64,000 nt of DNA, from NCBI GenBank assembly GCA_964501785.1, contig CAZCUD010000004.1:111652-175651 (forward strand), in the 5' to 3' direction. Position 1 is the first letter of the stretch. Every line of letters starts with the position of its first letter. Under the pieces are notes generated by a model. That model was not told the DNA's origin, ran no database searches, and was given only the letters and a program-made list of their open reading frames with translations. This DNA comes from an uncultured Bifidobacteriaceae bacterium (GTDB lineage Bacteria > Actinomycetota > Acidimicrobiia > IMCC26256 > PALSA-555). Of this stretch, positions 7,484-16,491 are shown piece by piece. A program made the translations under genes and the position numbers.

Positions 7484-8602
7484 ATGGCAGTGACCAACGA
7501 AGAGCTCATCGGTCGTTCCGGGCTGAACGACGTCGATCAGATCCTGGCGGTCACCAACACCGACGTCGAGGAGGCGCTGCACGCCGTGCGGGCCGAGAGC
7601 GACGCGATCTTCACGTGGGACTACGAGCAGAGCCGCAAGCCCTTGCTCAAGCTCTACGAGAAGGCCAAGACCTCCCAGTGGAACTCCAACGACCTGCCCT
7701 GGGACACCGACGTCGACCAGGAGAAGGTCGTCATCGCCAACCAGGCGCTCAACAACTTCGGCGAGAACATGGACACCACCGGCACGCCCTTCGAGAAGTG
7801 GGGCGACAAGGAGTGGGTCGAGTTCGGCATCCAGTCGCAGAACTGGACGCTCTCGCAGTTCATGCACGGTGAGCAGGGCGCCCTGATCTGCACCGCGCAG
7901 ATCGTCGAGACGGTGCCGTGGATCGACGCCAAGTACTACGCGTCGACCCAGGTGATGGACGAGGCACGCCACGTCGAGGTCTTCGCGAAGTACCTCGACG
8001 AGAAGCTCTCGGGCCACTACCCGATCAACGCGCACCTCAAGATGCTCCTCGACGACATCATCGCCGACTCCCGTTGGGACATGACCTACCTCGGCATGCA
8101 GATCATGGTCGAGGGGCTCGCGCTGGCCGCGTTCGGCTTCATGCACCAGTTCACGACCGAGCCGCTGATCAAGCAGCTGCTCCGCTACGTCATGAGCGAC
8201 GAGGCGCGCCACGTGGCGTTCGGTGTGCTGTCGCTCCAGGAGTACTACGACCAGCTCTCGGCCAAGGAGATCAGGGAGCGCCAGGAGTTCGCCTTCGAAG
8301 CCGCGGTGCGCATGCGCGACCGGTTCCTCCAGCAGGAGGTCTGGGAGCGGATGGGCGTCGACGTGAAGGAGGCGGTCAAGGTCGTCATCCAGGCGCCCGA
8401 TCGCCACGTCTTCCAGGGCCTGCTGTTCTCGAAGATCGTGCCCAACTGCAAGAAGCTCGGCCTCCTCGATGCCGCCGACGGCTGGCTGCGGGAGCGCTTC
8501 ACCGAGCTCGGCGTCATCCAGTTCGAGGACTGGGCCGACACCGGCGAGGAGTACGCGACCCTCGACGAGGTGGCCAAGGACCGCGAGACCGTCGACGCCT
8601 GA
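7484..8602 (+). CDS. ferritin-like diiron-carboxylate protein (AurF-like oxygenase family)
   Basis: The ATG at 7484 is 12 nt after the TetR stop. It has two ExxH motifs (MDEARHVEVF, SDEARHVAFG) plus upstream acidic helices (MHGEQGAL, MVEGLAL). Confidence 0.7.
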   Translation: MAVTNEELIGRSGLNDVDQILAVTNTDVEEALHAVRAESDAIFTWDYEQSRKPLLKLYEKAKTSQWNSNDLPWDTDVDQEKVVIANQALNNFGENMDTTGTPFEKWGDKEWVEFGIQSQNWTLSQFMHGEQGALICTAQIVETVPWIDAKYYASTQVMDEARHVEVFAKYLDEKLSGHYPINAHLKMLLDDIIADSRWDMTYLGMQIMVEGLALAAFGFMHQFTTEPLIKQLLRYVMSDEARHVAFGVLSLQEYYDQLSAKEIRERQEFAFEAAVRMRDRFLQQEVWERMGVDVKEAVKVVIQAPDRHVFQGLLFSKIVPNCKKLGLLDAADGWLRERFTELGVIQFEDWADTGEEYATLDEVAKDRETVDA

Positions 8603-8616
8603 AGCTCAGCACCGAT

Positions 8617-8635
8617 CTGAGTACGCGCTACTCAG
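8617..8635. promoter_or_regulatory. inverted repeat CTGAGTA-N5-TACTCAG (HAIR-like CTGAGT-N7-ACTCAG), candidate operator or terminator
   Basis: The sequence is CTGAGTACGCGCTACTCAG, 15 nt after the stop at 8602 and 67 bp upstream of the ATG at 8702. Confidence 0.35.
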
Positions 8636-8701
8636 GCTGGCTCGTCGTCGGCTCGGGCACACTGGTGCCAGGACCGCGGATCCGACCGGAGGAGTCCCAT
8701 C

Positions 8702-9097
8702 ATGGGCAAGCTCGACGACGCCAGGAAGCAGGCCGAGGAGATGATGCAGCAGGCCATGACCCAGGGTCAGGCCCAGGGCGGCCAGTACGCGGCGGCCAAC
8801 ATCGCGGCCGCGCAGGCGGAGTCGGCAGCCGTCAAGAACGAGGCGGCGGCGCTCGACAAGAACGACCCGATGTTCGCCCCAATCGAGGGCGTGAGCTACG
8901 ACGACTACGTCGCGCTGTGCGTGAAGATGCAGCCTGCCGGCACCGACACCGCCAAGCAGCTCGAGATCGCCAAGGCCAACGGCTACGACGAGGCGAAGTG
9001 GAAGGCCGTGTCGGACGGCTACACGAAGCGCTGCATGGAGCACCAGCAGTTCGCGCGCCGGCTCGGCATGGACGTGATGGCGGGCGACAAGGGCTGA
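8702..9097 (+). CDS. hypothetical protein (131 aa)
   Basis: ATG preceded by GGAGGAG. The N-terminus is Gln/Ala/Met-rich. No recognised domain. Confidence 0.55.
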   Translation: MGKLDDARKQAEEMMQQAMTQGQAQGGQYAAANIAAAQAESAAVKNEAAALDKNDPMFAPIEGVSYDDYVALCVKMQPAGTDTAKQLEIAKANGYDEAKWKAVSDGYTKRCMEHQQFARRLGMDVMAGDKG

Positions 9098-9166
9098 ACG
9101 CGCTCGAATCGGCGCGCCTCCGGCGCGCGGCCTCGTCGTCGCGGCACCGGGCAGTAGCGTTGCGCG

Positions 9167-10828
9167 ATGGCTGACGCGGTCCGCATCGTCTTCTTGGGCG
9201 GGCTGGGGGAGATCGGTCGCAACTGCTTCTGTCTCGAGGTCGGCGGGCGCATCGTCGTCGTCGACTGCGGGCTGATGTTCCCCGACGCCGACATGCCCGG
9301 CGTCGACCTGGTCCTCCCCGACTTCACCTACCTGCGGGCCAACGCCGACCGCGTCGACGGAGTCGTCCTCACCCACGGTCACGAGGACCACGTCGGCGGG
9401 CTCGCATACCTGCTGCGCGACGTCTCCACGCCGATCTACGGCTCGGCCCTGTCGCTCGGCTTCGCCCGCAAGCGCCTCGACGAGGCCCGCGTCCTCGACC
9501 GCACCGAGCTGATCCCCGTCGCCGACGGCGACGTCGTGCGCATCGGGCCGCTCGAGGCCGAGTTCGTCCCGGTCACCCACTCGGTGCCCCACGCCTTCGC
9601 CGTCGCGTACCGCACGCCGGTCGGCACGATCCTGCACACCGGCGACTTCAAGCTCGACCTCACGCCGGTGGACGGTCGTCGCACCGACCTCGCCCGGCTC
9701 GGAGAGATCGGTCGGGACGGCGTGAAGCTGCTGCTGTCCGACTCCACCAACGCCGAGCGCCCCGGCTACACCGAGTCGGAGGCATCGGTCGGGCCGGTGA
9801 TCCGTGATCTGTTGCGCGACCACCCCACGAAGCGGTTCATCGTCGCGTCGTTCGCCTCGCACCTCCATCGGGTGGAGCAGATCGCGCGTGAGGCGATCGC
9901 CGGCGGTCGGCGGGTCGCGTTCGTCGGGCGTTCGATGACCCACAACGTGGCGTTCGCCCGCGAGCTCGGGCTGCTCGACGTGCCCGCGGACCGCGTGATC
10001 GACATCGAGGAAGCGCCCCGGTACTCGCCGGGCGAGGTGTGCATCATCTGCACCGGGTCGCAGGGCGAGCCCATGAGCGCGTTGGCCCTCATGGCCGCCC
10101 ACGAGCACAAGTACGTCAAGGTGAGCGACGACGACGTCGTCGTGATCTCCGCGCACGCAATCCCGGGGAACGAGTCGAACGTCGCCCGGGTGATCGACTC
10201 CTTGCATCGAGCCGGTGCCGAGGTCTTCCACGGTGGTGCCTCGCACGTCCACGTCTCGGGTCACGCGTCACGCGAGGAGCTCAAGTTCATGCTCGACCTC
10301 GTGCGGCCAGAGTGGTTCGTCCCCGTGCACGGCGAGTACCGGCACCTCGTGCACCACCAGCGCCTCGCCGAAGAGGTCGGCGTGCCGAGCGATCGCATCC
10401 TCGTGTGCGAGGACGGCGACGCGGTGACGATCGACGATCGGGGAGGCGACGTCGAGCGTCGCGCGGTGCCCGCCGGCTACCAGTACGTCGACGGCATGGT
10501 CGGCGACGTCGACCAGGGCGTGCTGCGCGACCGGCGGACCCTCGCCGAGGAGGGCTTCGTGGTCGTCATCGTGACCGTCGACGCCGCCAGCGGCGAGATG
10601 GTCCGGGGGCCCGAGATCGTGACCCGGGGCTGGGTGCACGCGGTCGAGGCCGAGGAGCTGCTCGAGGAGGCGCGCGCCGCGGTCGCGGCGTCCATCAGGG
10701 AGCCCGCGGAGGAGGGGGCGACCGACTTCGACACGTTGCGACGCCATGCCCGGCGCGCGCTCGGCCGGTTCATCAACGAGCGCACCAAGCGTCGTCCCGC
10801 CATCATCCCCGTCGTGATCGAGGTCTGA
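9167..10828 (+). CDS. rnj: ribonuclease J
   Basis: It has the metallo-beta-lactamase/beta-CASP signature (LGGLGEIGRNCF, THGHEDHVGG, HVSGHASREEL). 553 aa. Confidence 0.9.
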   Translation: MADAVRIVFLGGLGEIGRNCFCLEVGGRIVVVDCGLMFPDADMPGVDLVLPDFTYLRANADRVDGVVLTHGHEDHVGGLAYLLRDVSTPIYGSALSLGFARKRLDEARVLDRTELIPVADGDVVRIGPLEAEFVPVTHSVPHAFAVAYRTPVGTILHTGDFKLDLTPVDGRRTDLARLGEIGRDGVKLLLSDSTNAERPGYTESEASVGPVIRDLLRDHPTKRFIVASFASHLHRVEQIAREAIAGGRRVAFVGRSMTHNVAFARELGLLDVPADRVIDIEEAPRYSPGEVCIICTGSQGEPMSALALMAAHEHKYVKVSDDDVVVISAHAIPGNESNVARVIDSLHRAGAEVFHGGASHVHVSGHASREELKFMLDLVRPEWFVPVHGEYRHLVHHQRLAEEVGVPSDRILVCEDGDAVTIDDRGGDVERRAVPAGYQYVDGMVGDVDQGVLRDRRTLAEEGFVVVIVTVDAASGEMVRGPEIVTRGWVHAVEAEELLEEARAAVAASIREPAEEGATDFDTLRRHARRALGRFINERTKRRPAIIPVVIEV

Positions 10829-10859
10829 CGGCGACGACCGCGCGGGCCAGACTGTCGGC

Positions 10860-11642
10860 ATGCCGATCCGCGACTGGTCGAACTTCATCGGTGGCCGCAC
10901 TGCCGTCGTCACCGGCTCGGGTGCGGGAGTCGGGCGCGCCATCGCCATGCACATGGCCAGGGCCGGCGCGGAGCTCTGGATCAACGACCTCGATCTCGAG
11001 CGCGCCGAGGCCGTGTGCGCCGAGATCGAGGCGGAGGGCGGCAAGGCGCGTCCGGTCGTCGCCGACGTGTGCGACCCGAGCTCGGTGCACGAGATGGCAG
11101 CCACGACCGGGCCGGTCGACATCCTCGTCAACAACGCAGGGAGCGGCATCCACGCCTTCGCCGACCAGACCGCCCACTTCAAGCCCTTCGCCGACACCGA
11201 CCCCAGCGAGTGGGAGCCGGTGATGCGCGTCAACCTCACCGGGGTGCTGCACGTCACCCACACGTACCTGCCCGACATGATCGAGCGTGGGTGGGGTCGG
11301 ATCCTCACCATCGTCTCCGACGCGGGCCGCAAGGGTGAGCGCAACCAGGTCGTCTACGGCGCGGCGAAGGCCGCGGCGATGGGCTTCTCGCGCGGGCTCG
11401 CCGCCGAGGTCGGCCGCGACGGGGTCACCGTCAACTGCCTCTCGCTCGGCACGATCGTGCACGGCCCGGCCGCCGGCATGACCGACGAGCAGGAGAAGAG
11501 GCTCGCGTCGGCCTACCCGGTCGGGCGCCTCGGCCGGGTCGACGACCCCGCACCGATCGCCGTGATGCTGTGCTCGGACGCCGGCGAGTGGATCACCGGC
11601 CAGGTGTACCCGGTCGACGGCGGCTACGCCCCGGCGCTCTGA
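10860..11642 (+). CDS. SDR family oxidoreductase (FabG-like)
   Basis: It has TGSGAGVGRA, NNAG and YGAAKAA motifs. Confidence 0.85.
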   Translation: MPIRDWSNFIGGRTAVVTGSGAGVGRAIAMHMARAGAELWINDLDLERAEAVCAEIEAEGGKARPVVADVCDPSSVHEMAATTGPVDILVNNAGSGIHAFADQTAHFKPFADTDPSEWEPVMRVNLTGVLHVTHTYLPDMIERGWGRILTIVSDAGRKGERNQVVYGAAKAAAMGFSRGLAAEVGRDGVTVNCLSLGTIVHGPAAGMTDEQEKRLASAYPVGRLGRVDDPAPIAVMLCSDAGEWITGQVYPVDGGYAPAL

Positions 11643-11738
11643 CCCGGCTTCGGCCCCACGGAGCGGGGATCGGGCCCGTCTCGGCCTCCAGCAGAGTGGT
11701 GGAGGCATACATCTGTTGTTGATGGGGCCGGTGTTACC

Positions 11739-14261
11739 GTGGCTCCGATGGCCACCCGGACCAAGCCCCGCAAGCGCTCCGCGCCCGCCAAGCGCCGACC
11801 CGCCACGAAGAAGGCGTCTCCGAAGCGTCCCCCGGCCGAGCCGCGCCTTCGCACCCGGGCGAGCGAGGCCGCTCGACGCGAGCTCGGCGGTCACGGTCCC
11901 GACGCGGCGGCGGTCGGTCTGCTCGTCCTCGCCGCCCTCCTGACGCTGGGCCTGCTCGGCGACCTCGCGGGGCCCATCGGCACCGGGCTCGCCGACGGCA
12001 TCCGCACGCTGATCGGGCGCGCCGCTGCGGCGCTGCCGGTGGTGCTCGTGGTCTTCGCGATCCTCCTCTTCTCGGTGCGTCCCACCGCCCGACGGGCGAT
12101 CGAGGCCGAGGAGGCCGGAGAGGAGCCCCCGCCCGAACCGATGCCGCTGCGCGTCGGCGTCGGGTTCGCGCTGATCTTCGTCGCCGCGGTCGGTGCGCTG
12201 CACCTGGTCTTCGACACGCCGTCGATCGACGGCCCGATGAGCGGGCTGCGCGACGCGGGCGGCGTACTCGGCGCCGCGTTCGGTGGTTCGCTCGACGCGG
12301 CCGCGGGAGCGGTCGGCGCGGCCATCGTGCTCGGTGGCGTCGCACTGCTCGGCGTGCTGCTCGCGCCCGGCGTCCCGATGCACGAGGTGCTGCACGGCGT
12401 CGGTCGGGGCGCGCGGTGGGCCGGTGGTCAGGCGCGCGTCGGTGCGCAGCGCCTGGGTCAGCTGAGCGATCCCGACGGCGACGACCTCGATGACGACGAG
12501 ATCGACGTCGAGGGCGAGGCCGACCTCGACCTCACCGATCCGGGCGCGATCGACGACGGCTCGATCGACGCCGAGGCGCCCGTCCACGATGTCGACCTGT
12601 ACGACGTGGTCGACGACGGCACCGATCCCGACCTCACCGATCCGGGCCTGGTCGATCCCGACGCGACCGACCCTGCACTGTCGTTCGACGACGAGCCGAC
12701 GCTCACCGACCTGCCCGCGGTCGCGGCCGTCCCTCCGACCGTCGAGGAGGACGACGGGCAGGTGGCGCTCGACCTCGGTCCCCGGTCGGGCCGACGGGGC
12801 GCGTGGAAGCTCCCACCGAAGACGCTGCTCAAGCGGGGCGACTCGAAGCCCACCGACAAGCGGATGGTCGAAGAGGGCGGCAAGGTGCTCGCCGCGGCGC
12901 TCCAGCAGCACGGCGTCGACGCGAAGCTCATCGGCTCGACGGTCGGGCCCACCGTCACCCGCTACGAGCTCGAGCTCGCGCCGGGCGTCAAGGTCAACCG
13001 GGTCACGAACCTGAGCCACGACATCGCGTACGCGATGGCGTCGCCCGACGTCCGGATCCTCGCCCCCATCCCGGGTCGGTCCGCGATCGGCGTCGAGGTG
13101 CCCAACAAGTCGCGCCAGCTCGTGACGCTCGGCGACATCCTCACGTCTCCCGAGGCGAAGGCGGCGACGAACCCGCTCGACGTCGGCCTGGGACGCGACA
13201 TCTCGGGTCGCGCGGTGATGATCGACCTCGCGACGCTGCCGCACGTCCTCATCGCGGGCGCGACCGGGGCCGGCAAGTCGAGCTGCATCAACTCCCTCGT
13301 CACGTCGCTGTTGATGCGCAACACGCCCGACCAGGTGCGGCTCATCCTCGTCGATCCCAAGCGCGTCGAGCTCGGCGCGTACAACGGGCTGCCGCACCTG
13401 CTCACGCCGGTCGTCACCAACCCGAAGAAGGCGGCGAACGCCCTCGACTGGGCCGTGCGCGAGATGGACCTTCGGTACGAGACGCTCGCCGAGGTCGGGG
13501 TTCGCGACATCGCGGGCTACAACGGCCTCGTCGACCGGGGCGAGCTGCCGTCGCCCGACGCGCCCGACAAGGTCAGCGGCAAGGGCTACGCGCGCCTGCC
13601 GCACATCGTCGTGGTCGTCGACGAGCTCAACGACCTGATGATGGTGGCCGCGCGCGACGTCGAGGCGAGCGTGTGCCGGATCGCGCAGATGGCGCGCGCC
13701 GTGGGCATCCACCTCGTCATCGCGACCCAGCGCCCGTCGGTCGACGTCATCACCGGCGTCATCAAGGCCAACGTGCCGAGCCGCATGGCGTTCAGCGTCT
13801 CGAGCCTCGCCGACTCCCGCGTCATCCTCGACCAGGCCGGCGCCGAGAAGCTCATCGGTCAGGGCGACATGCTGCTCATGACCGCGAGCTCGAGCCGTGC
13901 CCAGCGCATCCAGGGCGCCTGGGTCGACGAGGACTGCGTGGCCAAGGTCGCCGCCCACTGGAAGCGCCAGGCCAAGGAGCCCCAGTACGTCGAGGGCGTC
14001 GCCGACGATGCGCCGGGCTCGGCGGGTGGCGGCGCGGGCGGCGCCGGTGACGACGACGACGAGCTGCTCGCCGAGGCGATGGAGCTGGTCGTGCGCTCCG
14101 GGCTGGGCTCGACGTCGATGCTCCAGCGCAAGCTGCGGGTCGGCTTCGCGCGCGCCGGACGGCTGATGGACCTGCTCGAGCGCAAGGGCGTCGTCGGGCC
14201 GTCGCAAGGCTCGAAGGCCCGGGACGTCCTCATGACCGTCGACGAGCTCGAGGGCTCCTGA
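11739..14261 (+). CDS. ftsK: DNA translocase FtsK
   Basis: It has N-terminal TM helices, an acidic linker, an ATPase domain (GATGAGKS, VVVVDELNDLMM) and a C-terminal gamma/winged-helix domain (SMLQRKLRVGFARAGRLMDLLE). Alternative start ATG at 11748. Confidence 0.9.
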   Translation: MAPMATRTKPRKRSAPAKRRPATKKASPKRPPAEPRLRTRASEAARRELGGHGPDAAAVGLLVLAALLTLGLLGDLAGPIGTGLADGIRTLIGRAAAALPVVLVVFAILLFSVRPTARRAIEAEEAGEEPPPEPMPLRVGVGFALIFVAAVGALHLVFDTPSIDGPMSGLRDAGGVLGAAFGGSLDAAAGAVGAAIVLGGVALLGVLLAPGVPMHEVLHGVGRGARWAGGQARVGAQRLGQLSDPDGDDLDDDEIDVEGEADLDLTDPGAIDDGSIDAEAPVHDVDLYDVVDDGTDPDLTDPGLVDPDATDPALSFDDEPTLTDLPAVAAVPPTVEEDDGQVALDLGPRSGRRGAWKLPPKTLLKRGDSKPTDKRMVEEGGKVLAAALQQHGVDAKLIGSTVGPTVTRYELELAPGVKVNRVTNLSHDIAYAMASPDVRILAPIPGRSAIGVEVPNKSRQLVTLGDILTSPEAKAATNPLDVGLGRDISGRAVMIDLATLPHVLIAGATGAGKSSCINSLVTSLLMRNTPDQVRLILVDPKRVELGAYNGLPHLLTPVVTNPKKAANALDWAVREMDLRYETLAEVGVRDIAGYNGLVDRGELPSPDAPDKVSGKGYARLPHIVVVVDELNDLMMVAARDVEASVCRIAQMARAVGIHLVIATQRPSVDVITGVIKANVPSRMAFSVSSLADSRVILDQAGAEKLIGQGDMLLMTASSSRAQRIQGAWVDEDCVAKVAAHWKRQAKEPQYVEGVADDAPGSAGGGAGGAGDDDDELLAEAMELVVRSGLGSTSMLQRKLRVGFARAGRLMDLLERKGVVGPSQGSKARDVLMTVDELEGS

Positions 14262-14293
14262 CCGACGGACCGGCCCGTCCCCGGGAAGCGGCG

Positions 14294-14330
14294 GGGGCGC
14301 CTCCTCCTCCATGGTGGATGAAGGCGCCCC
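14294..14330 (+). terminator. hairpin after ftsK
   Basis: GGGGCGCC ... GGCGCCCC forms an 8-bp stem. The partly self-complementary interior contains CCATGG. Confidence 0.45.
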
Positions 14331-14427
14331 TCGTCGTGTCTCCGGGCCATCGTCGTTGATGCCCGTCGCGTCCAACGACCACGTGTTCGCGGAAGTTCCC
14401 ACCGGGGGGTGCACGACGGCACGCTCG

Positions 14428-14433
14428 TAGAAT
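14428..14433 (+). promoter_or_regulatory. -10-like TAGAAT placed for a leaderless rimO mRNA
   Basis: TAGAAT ends 6 nt before the A of ATG 14440, and there is no Shine-Dalgarno (SD) sequence in between. Confidence 0.35.
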
Positions 14434-14439
14434 CACGGG

Positions 14440-15810
14440 ATGCCTCCTCACGATGGTCGTGGTGCTCCCGCGACCTTCTGGGTCGAGACGCTCGGGTGTC
14501 CCAAGAACGCCGTCGACTCCGACAAGGTGGTCGCGTCGCTCCTCGCCGACGGGCTCGAGCCGGCGACCGGCGCCGGTGACGCCGAGCTCGTGATCGTGAA
14601 CACGTGTGCCTTCGTCGAGGCCGCGCGAGAGGAGTCGATCTCGGTGGCGCTCGAGCTCGCCGAGCACCGCAAGCCGAGCGCCCGCATCGTCCTCACCGGC
14701 TGCATGGCCGAGCGCTACGGGGACGAGCTGGCCGACGAGCTCCCCGAGGTCGACGCCGTCGTCGGGTTCGCGGGCGAGGGCTCGCTGGGCCGGATGATCA
14801 CCGACGGGGATTCGGGTGCCGTGGCCGTCGGGGCGCCCCGCCGCAAGCCGACGGGTGTGCGCGACCTGCTCGAGCTGCCCCGAGCGACGCCGTCGGTCCC
14901 GTGGGCGTACCTGAAGGTCGCCGAAGGGTGCGACCGGGCGTGCGCGTTCTGCGCGATCCCGTCGTTCCGGGGGAAGCAGCGCTCGCGCGAGCCGGAGGCC
15001 CTGGTCGCCGAGGCGCGGGCGCTCGTCGAGGGGGGCGTGCGCGAGCTGGTGCTGGTCGCCCAGGACCTCGCCTGGTACGGACGCGACGCGGGCGAGCCGG
15101 GCGCGCTCGCGCCGCTCCTGCGTCGCCTCGACGCCGAGCTCGCACCGGCCGGCCTCGCCCGGCTGCGACTGCTCTACCTCTATCCGAGCGAGGTGCGCGA
15201 TCCGCTCGTCGGCACCATGCTCGACACGCCGACGGTGGCGCCGTACTTCGACCTCTCGCTCCAGCATGCCGACCGTGCGCTCCTCGCGCGCATGAAGCGC
15301 TGGGGGAGCGGGGCGCGCTTCCTCGACTCCATCGCCGACATCCGGGATCGCGCGCCCGAGGCCGCGTTCCGTTCGTCCTTCATCGTCGGGTTCCCGGGCG
15401 AGACCGAGCAAGCGCACGACGCGCTGCTCGCGTTCCTCGACGAGGCGGCGCTCGACTGGGCGGGGTTCTTCCCGTTCTCGGAGGAGGCGGGCACGCCCGC
15501 CGCGATGCTCGACGGCGCGGTGGCGCCGGAGCTCGCCGCCGAGCGGTTGCGCGAGTGCGACGAGCTCCAGTCGGGCATCACGCGACGCGCTCGTGACCGG
15601 CTCGTGCGCGACGGCGCCGACGTCGCGGTGGTCGTCGACGGTGTCGACGACGGCGACGTCGTGGGGCGGTCGCACCGCGAGGCGCCCGAGATCGACGGTG
15701 TCGTTCGCATGCCCGGGGCGCACGCGCGCCCGGGCAGCGTCGTGCGAGCCAAGGTCACCGACGTCGACGGGGTCGACCTGGTCGCGACCCCGATCGAGGT
15801 GCTCGGGTGA
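14440..15810 (+). CDS. rimO: ribosomal protein S12 methylthiotransferase
   Basis: It has the UPF0004 domain (TLGCPKNAVDSD), a radical-SAM CDRACAFC motif and a C-terminal TRAM domain. Its position before pgsA matches actinobacterial synteny. Confidence 0.85.
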   Translation: MPPHDGRGAPATFWVETLGCPKNAVDSDKVVASLLADGLEPATGAGDAELVIVNTCAFVEAAREESISVALELAEHRKPSARIVLTGCMAERYGDELADELPEVDAVVGFAGEGSLGRMITDGDSGAVAVGAPRRKPTGVRDLLELPRATPSVPWAYLKVAEGCDRACAFCAIPSFRGKQRSREPEALVAEARALVEGGVRELVLVAQDLAWYGRDAGEPGALAPLLRRLDAELAPAGLARLRLLYLYPSEVRDPLVGTMLDTPTVAPYFDLSLQHADRALLARMKRWGSGARFLDSIADIRDRAPEAAFRSSFIVGFPGETEQAHDALLAFLDEAALDWAGFFPFSEEAGTPAAMLDGAVAPELAAERLRECDELQSGITRRARDRLVRDGADVAVVVDGVDDGDVVGRSHREAPEIDGVVRMPGAHARPGSVVRAKVTDVDGVDLVATPIEVLG

Positions 15811-16469
15811 ACAAGCGAGCCGAAGCGCGCACTGCGCGCGAGGTTGCCGCCGACGCGGCGTGGACGGCGAGGGAGACGGCGGCCGAGGCGGCCGAGAGCG
15901 TCCGCCGCTTCGGCGAGACCGCGATCAAGACGCCGGCCAACGCGGTGACGCTGGTGCGCCTCCTCTTCGCGATCCCGGTGCTCGTCTGGATCCTCGACGA
16001 GGGGAAGGCCACCTGGGGGACCTTCACCGGCTGGCTCGTCCTCTGGGTGACGGACGGGCTCGACGGCTGGCTCGCGCGCCGTGACGGCACGACTCGTTCG
16101 GGCGCGTTCCTCGATCCGCTGGCCGACAAGGTGCTCGTGCTGGGTGGGTTCATCGCGCTCGGCGCCCGGGGCGACTTCCCCTGGATCGCCGTGGCGATCG
16201 TCGGCGTGCGCGAGCTCGGCGTGTCGCTGTGGCGCTCGCTCGCCAGCCGGCGAGGTATCTCGTTCCCCGCCCGGCCGCTCGGCAAGTGGAAGGCCAACGT
16301 GCAGTTCCTGGCCGTCGCGGCGGTGCTGTTCCCGCCGACGGCCGACGCGCACTGGTTCCAGGACACGATCCTGTGGCTCGCCGTCGCCATGACCGTGATC
16401 TCGGCGGTCGACCTGATCGTGCACGCCTACCGGTACGAGCCGGAGCGGGTCCCGAAGTCCCGCCGATGA
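15807..16469 (+). CDS. pgsA: CDP-diacylglycerol--glycerol-3-phosphate 3-phosphatidyltransferase
   Basis: It has the CDP-alcohol phosphatidyltransferase motif (DGLDGWLARR...GAFLDPLADK) and multiple TM helices. The true start may be downstream of 15807. Confidence 0.8.
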   Translation: MNKRAEARTAREVAADAAWTARETAAEAAESVRRFGETAIKTPANAVTLVRLLFAIPVLVWILDEGKATWGTFTGWLVLWVTDGLDGWLARRDGTTRSGAFLDPLADKVLVLGGFIALGARGDFPWIAVAIVGVRELGVSLWRSLASRRGISFPARPLGKWKANVQFLAVAAVLFPPTADAHWFQDTILWLAVAMTVISAVDLIVHAYRYEPERVPKSRR

Positions 16470-16491
16470 TGCAGAGAGCGAGCGAGACAGG

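Noticed and set aside
10803-14414. Very long antisense ORFs: 1203 aa opposite ftsK here, plus 2919..5249(-), 8606..10264(-), 24228..27167(-), 54422..56977(-), 60610..63102(-) and 30736..33123(-).
   Set aside because: Their Arg/Gly/Asp/Pro-rich low-complexity translations are typical of stop-poor alternative frames in high-GC DNA. Each lies opposite a gene with clear family motifs, and none has a recognisable motif of its own.
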